A stretch of 64,000 nucleotides of DNA from a bacterium (GTDB lineage Bacteria; Bacillota; Clostridia; Lachnospirales; Lachnospiraceae), in assembly GCA_023663725.1 (NCBI GenBank), contig JAMPGX010000008.1:16477-80476 (forward strand), in the 5' to 3' direction. This document shows, in pieces, positions 56,749 to 64,000 of the stretch. How positions within the stretch are numbered: position 1 is the first letter of the stretch; each line of letters starts with the position of its first letter. The notes under the pieces were generated by a model, which worked only from the letters and a program-made list of their open reading frames with translations, was not told the origin of the DNA and ran no database searches. A program made the position numbers and the translations under genes.

Positions 56749-59502
56749 ATGAATACCAGGTTGGTTGTGGGTATTCTGGCCCATGTGGATGCGGGCAAAA
56801 CTACATTGGCGGAGGGTATACTGTATCTGACAGGGGAGATTCGCAGGCTTGGCCGAGTGGATCACGGTGATACTTTTCTGGATACCCATGCACTGGAGAA
56901 AGCCAGGGGTATCACTATATTCTCCAAACAGGCGCAAATCAGTGTTGACTGTATGGGTCAAACACGAGAGATTACTCTGTTGGACACGCCGGGGCATGTG
57001 GATTTTTCCGCTGAGACAGAGCGCGCCCTGCGGGTGTTGGATGCAGCTATTCTGGTGATCAGCGGGGCCGACGGGGTACAGGGGCATGTGGAGACTCTTT
57101 GGAGCTTGCTGAAGCGCTATGGCATTCCCACTTATCTGTTTGTCAATAAAATGGATCAGCCGGGCGTAGAGCCACAGGCGTTATTAAATCGGCTGCAGGA
57201 AGAGCTGGATGAGAACTGCGTGGATTTCACGGATGCCGACAGCTATGTGGGAGTGGAGGACGCAGATGATGTCGTCCGCAGCCAGCCGCGGTATGCCGGA
57301 TGTCTTACGCGGGAGCAGTGGATGGAGAAGGTGTCTCTGTGCAGTGAGGAAATGCTGGAAGCATATCTGGAGCGGGGAGAGATCACGGTGCGGCAAATTC
57401 GTGAAGCCGTCCGCAGGCGACAGCTGTTTCCCTGCTATTTTGGTTCCGCTCTGAAGCAGCAGGGGATAGTGGAGCTGTTGCAGGGAATTGCCCGATATAC
57501 CTATGAGCCTGTCTATGGTTCAGAGCTGGCTGTACGGGTGTACAAGATAGAGCGGGATTCAGGCGGTAATCGTCTCACCAATCTGAAGGTTACCGGCGGG
57601 AGTTTGAGGGTGAAGGGATTGCTGGGTGGGGAGAAGATCGACCAGATCCGTATTTATTCAGGGGCCGGATATCGGCTGGTGGATGAGGTGAAGGCTGGGA
57701 CAGTCTGTGCTGTCACGGGTCTTACCAAAACATACAGCGGTCAGGGGCTTGGAGCCGAGCCTGACGGAGAAAAGCCAAGTTTGGCGCCAGTGCTGAGCTA
57801 TCGCTTGGAATTGCCTGAGGGAGCGGACGTTCATAGCATGCTGAGGAACCTTCGCCAGATGGAGGAGGAGATACCGGAGTTGCACATTTTGTGGCAGGAG
57901 AGCAGCGGGGAGATACACGCACAGGTCATGGGGCAGGTGCAGACGGAAATATTGCAGGAGTTGATTGCTGAGAGATTTGGCGTACAGGTTTCCTTTGGGG
58001 AAGGTAGCATCGTATATCAGGAGACAATACTGGAGCCGGTGGAGGGGGTAGGACATTTTGAACCGTTGCGTCATTATGCCGAGGTACATCTGCTTCTTGA
58101 GCCGGGAGAGGCGGGCAGTGGAATCGCACTGCGGGCCGACTGCATTGAAGACGAGCTTGACAGGAACTGGCAGAGATTGATTCTGACGCATCTGGAGGAA
58201 AAGCAGCACACAGGGGTATTGACCGGATCAGCCATAACGGATATGCGGATTACCCTGATTGCCGGAAAAGCGCATCAGAAACACACGGAAGGCGGAGATT
58301 TCCGGCAGGCCACCTATCGGGCGCTTCGCCAGGGGCTGATGAAGGCCAGGAGCCGTCTGCTGGAGCCGATGTATGCCTATACACTGGAGCTGCCCACAGA
58401 GAATCTGGGGCGGGCCATGAGTGATATTCAATTGAAAAGTGGCAGCTTTGAAGCTCCAGAGACGCAGGGGGATCGAAGTATTCTGCGGGGGATAGCTCCA
58501 GTGGCGACTCTGAATGGTTACCAGATGGAGGTGAGCGCTTACACCAGAGGCAGAGGGAGACTTTCCTGTCGCTTCCACGGTTATGCGCCTTGTCACAATG
58601 AGCAGGAGATAATTGACAGTCGGGGTTATGATCCGGAGTGCGACACGGACAATCCGGCGGCATCGGTTTTCTGTGCCCATGGCGCTGGATTTGTTGTGCC
58701 GTGGAATCAAGTGGAAAGCTATGCCCATGTTGATGCAGGAGACAGGCTGCGTCAACTGCTGCCGGAAGTATTTGGGCAGTCTGGCGGGGAGCGGGACAAT
58801 CCGATGGGACAGGGCACGATAAAAGCTCTGCAGAACAGTGCCAGGGAAAGGGAGGAGCGGTTCATCAGTCAGGAGGAGATAGAGGAGATATTTCTGCGCA
58901 CTTACAGAACGAAGGCGTTGGATAGAAATCCGTGGAATCGTCCCGCGTCCTCCGGAAAAGCACATGTGGTTTCCCGAGAACCGGTCTATAAGGGTACAAC
59001 GGAGCGACAGGAGAGGTATCTTCTGGTGGATGGCTACAATATCATTTTTGCCTGGGAAGAGCTGCGGGAGATAGCCAGAGACAATGTGGAAGGCGCTCGC
59101 GGCAGGCTGATGGATATCCTGTGCAACTATCAGGGTTATATTCAGGATACTCTGATTCTGGTGTTTGATGCCTATAAGGTAAAGGGCAATCCTGGCACAG
59201 TGCAGAGATATCACAATATCCATGTAGTCTACACGCGAGAGGCTGAGACCGCCGACCAGTATATAGAGAAGACAGTGCATGTAATCGGCAGGAAATATCA
59301 GGTGACGGTGGCGACCTCTGATGCGCTGGAACAGGTGATTATCTGGGGGCAGGGGGCATCCCGCATGTCGGCCGAGGAGCTGCGTCGGGAAGTGGACAGC
59401 TGTGCGCGGCAGCGCATGGAAGAATGGCGGGAACGACAGGCGGGCGGGCGCTTTTTCACTATGGAGGAGAAGCTGCAGCAGATGGAATTGCCTGAGCGCT
59501 AA
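56749..59502 (+). CDS. TetM/EF-G-like translational GTPase fused to a YacP/Rae1-type NYN ribonuclease
   Basis: AHVDAGKTT, RGITI, DTPGHVDF, NKMD; from 59011 YLLVDGYN...LVFDA...ETADQYIE...ATSD..EQ. Confidence 0.88.
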   Translation: MNTRLVVGILAHVDAGKTTLAEGILYLTGEIRRLGRVDHGDTFLDTHALEKARGITIFSKQAQISVDCMGQTREITLLDTPGHVDFSAETERALRVLDAAILVISGADGVQGHVETLWSLLKRYGIPTYLFVNKMDQPGVEPQALLNRLQEELDENCVDFTDADSYVGVEDADDVVRSQPRYAGCLTREQWMEKVSLCSEEMLEAYLERGEITVRQIREAVRRRQLFPCYFGSALKQQGIVELLQGIARYTYEPVYGSELAVRVYKIERDSGGNRLTNLKVTGGSLRVKGLLGGEKIDQIRIYSGAGYRLVDEVKAGTVCAVTGLTKTYSGQGLGAEPDGEKPSLAPVLSYRLELPEGADVHSMLRNLRQMEEEIPELHILWQESSGEIHAQVMGQVQTEILQELIAERFGVQVSFGEGSIVYQETILEPVEGVGHFEPLRHYAEVHLLLEPGEAGSGIALRADCIEDELDRNWQRLILTHLEEKQHTGVLTGSAITDMRITLIAGKAHQKHTEGGDFRQATYRALRQGLMKARSRLLEPMYAYTLELPTENLGRAMSDIQLKSGSFEAPETQGDRSILRGIAPVATLNGYQMEVSAYTRGRGRLSCRFHGYAPCHNEQEIIDSRGYDPECDTDNPAASVFCAHGAGFVVPWNQVESYAHVDAGDRLRQLLPEVFGQSGGERDNPMGQGTIKALQNSAREREERFISQEEIEEIFLRTYRTKALDRNPWNRPASSGKAHVVSREPVYKGTTERQERYLLVDGYNIIFAWEELREIARDNVEGARGRLMDILCNYQGYIQDTLILVFDAYKVKGNPGTVQRYHNIHVVYTREAETADQYIEKTVHVIGRKYQVTVATSDALEQVIIWGQGASRMSAEELRREVDSCARQRMEEWRERQAGGRFFTMEEKLQQMELPER

Positions 59503-59664
59503 TAATGCAGGCTTGCGGTATGCGGAAAGAGGAAATGAGAATATGTCGGATTAAGTCATATAAGAGTAGGATTTGTGCATTGTGTCCAAAGTCGGGAGAG
59601 TATATACTTATCATAAGTGTCTCCGCGGTCCGAATATGGGCGGTGGGAGTGTGGGAGGAATCCT

Positions 59665-60693
59665 ATGAAAAAAAGAGTGGCTATCGTGGGATGTGGGCAA
59701 ATTTCACAGGTACATGCCCAGGTTCTTGACGCGATGGAGGAAGTCGAGCTGTGTGCTTTTGTTGACAGCAGACCGGAGCACGCGCAGAAGCTTGCGGAGC
59801 GGTATGGCAGGGACAGGGCGGGAGTATATATGAGACTGGAGGATATGCTAAAAGCCGAGCATCCTCAGGTGGTACATATCTGCACGCCTCATTATCTTCA
59901 TGTGCCTATGGCCGTCGAGGTGCTGGACGGCGGTGGGTCGGTATTTATGGAGAAACCACAGGCGATCTCAGAGCGGCAACTCGCATGTCTGGAGCAGGCG
60001 GCGGAGGAAAGCGCCGGAACTCTGGGAATCTGTTTCCAGAACAGATATAATGCGTCGACCCACAAGGTTGATGAGCTTCTTCGGGAGGGCAGTCTGGGAA
60101 AAATACAGGGGGCCAGAGCCTTTGTCACATGGAACAGGGACGCGGCTTACTATCAGAACAGTGAGTGGAGAGGAAGCTGGACCACGGAGGGCGGCGGCGC
60201 GCTGATTAATCAGTCGATACATACTCTGGACCTATTGCTGCGATGGCTGGGGGAACCGGATTATGTGGAAGCGTCGATGAAAAATCATCATTTAAAAGGG
60301 ATAATAGAGGTGGAGGACACGGTGGAGGCTTTTCTGGGATTTCCCGACGGCGAGAGAGTCTGTTTTTACGCTACTACTGCCTATGTGTCAGACGCGCCTG
60401 TGCTGATTGAGCTTGCCTGTGAAAACGGCAGCGTCCGATTGGAGGGAGAAAGGGTAACGGTCAAATACCTGCGGGGAGAGGAGACGGTATATCTGCTAAA
60501 ATCGGGAGATGTTGCGGGTAAGGCATATTGGGGAAGCGGCCATGCCGCCTGTATCAAAGATTTCTACCGCAGTCTTGACGGGAAAGCGGAGTTTGGTAGC
60601 AGTCTTGCAGCGACAGCCAGCACTCTGCGAGTCATGATGAAAATGTATCAAAGCGCCGGAGTGTGTCGGCAGGAGGAAGAGAAACAGGTTTGA
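59665..60693 (+). CDS. Gfo/Idh/MocA oxidoreductase
   Basis: IVGCGQI, CTPHYLH, EKP, GGGALINQSIHTLD. Confidence 0.92.
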   Translation: MKKRVAIVGCGQISQVHAQVLDAMEEVELCAFVDSRPEHAQKLAERYGRDRAGVYMRLEDMLKAEHPQVVHICTPHYLHVPMAVEVLDGGGSVFMEKPQAISERQLACLEQAAEESAGTLGICFQNRYNASTHKVDELLREGSLGKIQGARAFVTWNRDAAYYQNSEWRGSWTTEGGGALINQSIHTLDLLLRWLGEPDYVEASMKNHHLKGIIEVEDTVEAFLGFPDGERVCFYATTAYVSDAPVLIELACENGSVRLEGERVTVKYLRGEETVYLLKSGDVAGKAYWGSGHAACIKDFYRSLDGKAEFGSSLAATASTLRVMMKMYQSAGVCRQEEEKQV

Positions 60694-60734
60694 TTCGGTG
60701 TCGCATAAAGAGCGGTATGCGGGAAAGGAGAGAG

Positions 60735-61889
60735 ATGGAACAGGTTAGGCTGGGAATCATTGGGATCGGCGGCATGGGCAGCAATCATGCCAGAAGTATT
60801 GTGGAGGGCAAAGTGCCGGAGATCAAGCTGTCGGCAGTAGCCGACATCAGAGACGCGCGGAGAGATTGGGCGGAGAAGGAGCTCCCGTCAGAGGTGGCTG
60901 TCTACGGTGACGGAAAAGAGCTTATTGAGAGCGGGAGCTGTGACGCGGTGCTGATTGCCACCCCCCACTATCTGCATCCGGAGCTTGTGATCTATGCTCT
61001 GGAGCACGGGCTCCATGCGATCAGCGAGAAGCCCGCGGGGGTCTATACCAAACAGGTGCGGGAGATGAACGAGGTGGCAGAGAAATCTGATAAGGTCTTT
61101 GCCATCATGCTGAATCAGAGGACAAACTGCGTTTACCGCAAGATGCATGAAATGATCTCCAGCGGTGAACTGGGACAGATCAAGCGGGTGAACTGGATTA
61201 TCACGGATTGGTATCGCACGCAGAGCTATTATGATGCCGCCGATTGGAAAGCTACATGGGACGGAGAGGGCGGCGGTGTGTTGCTGAATCAGTGTCCTCA
61301 TCAGCTGGATCTGATGCAGTGGCTGTGCGGAATGCCTGTTCGAGTTCGCGCTTTTTGCCATGAGGCAAAGTGGCACGACATCGAGGTGGAGGATGATGTG
61401 ACAGCTTATATGGAATATGCGAACGGAGCTACGGGCGTCTTTGTCACCACCACAGCCGATGCTCCCGGCACCAATCGGCTGGAAATTACGCTGGAGATGG
61501 GCAAGCTCGTATGCGAGGGAGGCAAGCTTCTCCTGTATCGTCTGAGTGAGAATGAGAGAACTTTCTGCAGGACCTCCAAGGAGGGGTTTGCACAGCCGAA
61601 GTGCGAGCTGGAAGAGGTGGAGACGGACGGACAGAACGAGCAGCATGTGGGTGTGCTGAAAGCCTTTGCAGCCAGAATTCTTCACGGCGCCGAGCTGGTG
61701 GCGGAGGGGACCGAGGGGATCAGAGGCCTCACTCTGTCCAATGCCATGCACCTCTCCAGCTGGCTGGACCGTATGGTGGAGCTTCCCTTTGACGAGGAAC
61801 TGTTTTTGCGGGAGCTGAATAAAAAGCGGGCTACTTCCAAGAAAAAGACAGGGAGCGGCGCGGTGTTCGATACCACGGGAACCTATTGA
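60735..61889 (+). CDS. Gfo/Idh/MocA oxidoreductase
   Basis: IGIGGMG, ATPHYLH, EKP, GGGVLLNQCPHQLD. Confidence 0.92.
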   Translation: MEQVRLGIIGIGGMGSNHARSIVEGKVPEIKLSAVADIRDARRDWAEKELPSEVAVYGDGKELIESGSCDAVLIATPHYLHPELVIYALEHGLHAISEKPAGVYTKQVREMNEVAEKSDKVFAIMLNQRTNCVYRKMHEMISSGELGQIKRVNWIITDWYRTQSYYDAADWKATWDGEGGGVLLNQCPHQLDLMQWLCGMPVRVRAFCHEAKWHDIEVEDDVTAYMEYANGATGVFVTTTADAPGTNRLEITLEMGKLVCEGGKLLLYRLSENERTFCRTSKEGFAQPKCELEEVETDGQNEQHVGVLKAFAARILHGAELVAEGTEGIRGLTLSNAMHLSSWLDRMVELPFDEELFLRELNKKRATSKKKTGSGAVFDTTGTY

Positions 61890-61956
61890 TATCGGGTAGA
61901 GGGAACTTTTAATCATAGGCAATTCACTGATTATAACATTTTGAAAGGGGAAAAAC

Positions 61957-62808
61957 ATGTTTAAGAATATTACTTTGACGGGATTTGCGGATGAGATCGC
62001 AGCGTCTCTCGACACCCAGATGCAGGTGCTGGACAAATTACAGATGAAGCATATTGAGATGCGCGGAGTGGATGGCAGGAATTTTGTGGAATATTCAGAA
62101 GGCGAGGCTCGGCAGATCAAAAAGCGTCTGGAGGACAGGGGATTCTCCCTCTCCGCTGTGGGCTCTCCCATCGGAAAGATCAGGATTACCGATGATTTTG
62201 CCCCTCATATGGAATTGTTCAGGCACACGGTGGAGCTGGCCCACATCATGAATACCCCCAATATTCGGATGTTCAGCTTCTATGGCCCAGAGGGAGAGTC
62301 CGATTCCTCGTCCTGGCGGGCGGAGGTGATGGAGCGGCTGGGGCAGTTTGTGGATTATGCGGCTGCCAACGGGATTGTTCTGCTCCATGAGAATGAGAAG
62401 GGAATTTATGGGGAGATGGCCCAGGGCTGTCTGGACATTTTAAAGCAGTTTTCGGGGGAGCATTTCAAAGCGGTGTTTGACTTTGCCAATTTTGTTCAGG
62501 CCGGGCAGGATACCCTGGAGGCTTTTGAGATGCTGAAGCCCTATATCGCCTACATCCATGTAAAGGACGCGCTGGGTAAAGATGGAAGCGTGGTCCCCGC
62601 AGGCTATGGGGACGGCAATGTGAAGGAGATACTGGGTCGTCTGAAAGCTGACGGTTACAGCGGTTATCTGTCTCTGGAGCCTCATCTGTCAGATTTTACC
62701 GGCTTTTCCGCTCTGGAGAAGGACGGCAGGATAGGAAAGAAGCTGTCCGGAGAGGAGGCATTCACGCTGGCCCATGACGCGCTGGTGAAAATTCTCGAAC
62801 AGCTTTAA
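61957..62808 (+). CDS. Sugar phosphate isomerase/epimerase (TIM barrel)
   Basis: GFADEI, HENE, FDFANF, HVKD, LEPH. Confidence 0.9.
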   Translation: MFKNITLTGFADEIAASLDTQMQVLDKLQMKHIEMRGVDGRNFVEYSEGEARQIKKRLEDRGFSLSAVGSPIGKIRITDDFAPHMELFRHTVELAHIMNTPNIRMFSFYGPEGESDSSSWRAEVMERLGQFVDYAAANGIVLLHENEKGIYGEMAQGCLDILKQFSGEHFKAVFDFANFVQAGQDTLEAFEMLKPYIAYIHVKDALGKDGSVVPAGYGDGNVKEILGRLKADGYSGYLSLEPHLSDFTGFSALEKDGRIGKKLSGEEAFTLAHDALVKILEQL

Positions 62809-62852
62809 GCAGACTGACAGCGAGCGTTTGCCGCTTGCAAGGAAAGGTAACG

Positions 62853-62883
62853 CAAAGGGGTGATGCCAGACATCACCCCTTTG
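62853..62883. terminator. Hairpin between convergent genes
   Basis: CAAAGGGGTGATG / CATCACCCCTTTG, 13-bp perfect stem. Confidence 0.8.
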
Positions 62884-62892
62884 ATTCATGTG

Positions 62893-63879
62893 TTACAGCT
62901 TCTTCACGGGCCTGACGTATTTCCAGAACCGTTCAGGGTCGTGATACAGGTAGCCGATCCTGCCAGGAGTAGTGTCCAGACAGTAACCGGAAGCCTGATA
63001 ATCAAAAGTATTCATTGCCTCCTCTATCCTGTCCTCGACGCTGCGGTTCTCATGCTCATAGTCAAACGGGCCGTGTTCGAAGACGATATACTCGCCCTCC
63101 GGCACATCCATCATGAGCATCTGCGACGGCATCTCTCCGCTGTAGTCCGCAGGCAGGCGAACCCCATAGCATTCCGCCAGAGGGATGCCCCAGGAACAGA
63201 TTCGTCCCTTCGGGTCATTGAGATAACCTACAAGCTGGCCGCTGCCACTGTTCTCCTCGCTGCTGCCCTCGTCGTCGAGCTTGCCCTTGATGCTGGACAG
63301 CAGGCCGCAGATTGTCTCACAGTCCTGTCCGGGAATCTGACTCTGCTTCTGCCAGAAATCCCAGTAGCCAATGCTCTCGTAGTTCCTGATATGCAGGAAT
63401 TTGTGCGCGGGGACGGTTACAAAATAAATCTTGATCTCATCTGTGGATTGTATCATGCCTATTTCTCCCATTCCAAAAAAGTAGCGGTCGAAGGTGTGTA
63501 TCTTGGTGCGTAGCGTCACGGGAACAGGGTTTTTGCGGTACTCGCTGGGCGTGATCCCATAAGCTGTCTTAAAAGCTCTCGTGAAAGCCTCATGGGAGGA
63601 AAAGCCGTAGTCTACAGCGATATCCAGGAATCCGCGGCCTTTGTCCCGCACCTCCCAGAGAGCGAATGCCAGCCTGCGAAGCCGCAGATACTCACGAAAC
63701 TGCATTCCTGAAATCTCCCGAAATTTCCTGGTGACATAAAACTCAGAATATCCCAGCCGGTCGGAGAGAGAACGCAGTGTCAGAGCATCATCCTGACGCC
63801 TTCGGATGCATTCATCAATTTCATCAATAATGATCTGAATCTGTTGTTGCCACTCGTACATGTACCTGTCTGCCTCCAC
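62893..63879 (-). CDS. AraC family regulator with C-terminal effector-binding domain
   Basis: LGYSEFYVTRKF, IAVDYGFSSHEAFTRAFK. Confidence 0.92.
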   Translation of the reverse strand: MEADRYMYEWQQQIQIIIDEIDECIRRRQDDALTLRSLSDRLGYSEFYVTRKFREISGMQFREYLRLRRLAFALWEVRDKGRGFLDIAVDYGFSSHEAFTRAFKTAYGITPSEYRKNPVPVTLRTKIHTFDRYFFGMGEIGMIQSTDEIKIYFVTVPAHKFLHIRNYESIGYWDFWQKQSQIPGQDCETICGLLSSIKGKLDDEGSSEENSGSGQLVGYLNDPKGRICSWGIPLAECYGVRLPADYSGEMPSQMLMMDVPEGEYIVFEHGPFDYEHENRSVEDRIEEAMNTFDYQASGYCLDTTPGRIGYLYHDPERFWKYVRPVKKL

Positions 63880-64000
63880 ACCATATTTTACAGATATCTG
63901 TCTACATCATTTCAACCACCCTGAGATCAGTATAGCTGAGTGGAGAGGTAAATGCTTGATTTTACTTGCTATTATAGCAAGGGCAGAACGATATGTAAAT

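Noticed and set aside
56749-59000. tet(M)/tet(W) tetracycline resistance gene
   Set aside because: Lacks the YSPVST-type domain IV loop and carries a NYN fusion
59011-59030. AGGAGAGG before GTG as an internal start for the NYN domain
   Set aside because: Would remove the first beta-strand residues (YLL) of the domain; the purine run is explained by Glu/Arg codons
863-63513. Many long antisense or overlapping ORFs (e.g. 863..2164, 6817..8292, 24678..26054, 46496..48271, 60888..62171)
   Set aside because: Shadow frames of GC-rich genes with no RBS or recognisable motifs

Overview
64 kb of a Clostridia-type (Lachnospiraceae-like, inferred from protein content and sigma70/T-box signals) chromosome. 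I found no rRNA, tRNA or CRISPR array. From left to right: (1) an unassigned operon of three paralogous coiled-coil/helical/2-TM proteins with a Ycf46-like AAA+ ATPase and two small ORFs; (2) a MATE exporter and an MCP; (3) a carbohydrate ABC operon split by an AT-rich tfoX-C cassette; (4) a PAP2/GT2-GtrA/phosphodiester-glycosidase envelope operon; (5) phd-doc, an Lhr helicase and a SNF2 helicase; (6) an accessory island with an IR-flanked heptad-repeat gene, a serine recombinase, and an ErmQ-like methyltransferase with a candidate attenuator lying between two Rpn-family nuclease copies (one decayed, one with a duplicated internal small-protein module); (7) an ABC-2 exporter, two ECF sigma loci and a T-box-led type-2 IleRS with non-canonical signature motifs; (8) an orphan ZorA/ZorB-like pair, glycolipid genes, a TetM/EF-G-like GTPase fused to a YacP/Rae1 NYN nuclease, sugar oxidoreductases and an AraC regulator. 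Five copies of a MITE-like element family are also visible. They share TAG(A)CAATTGCGAAA termini, have 11-12 bp target duplications, show covarying hairpins, and sit upstream of genes. All calls are by-eye motif recognition; no database searches were run.
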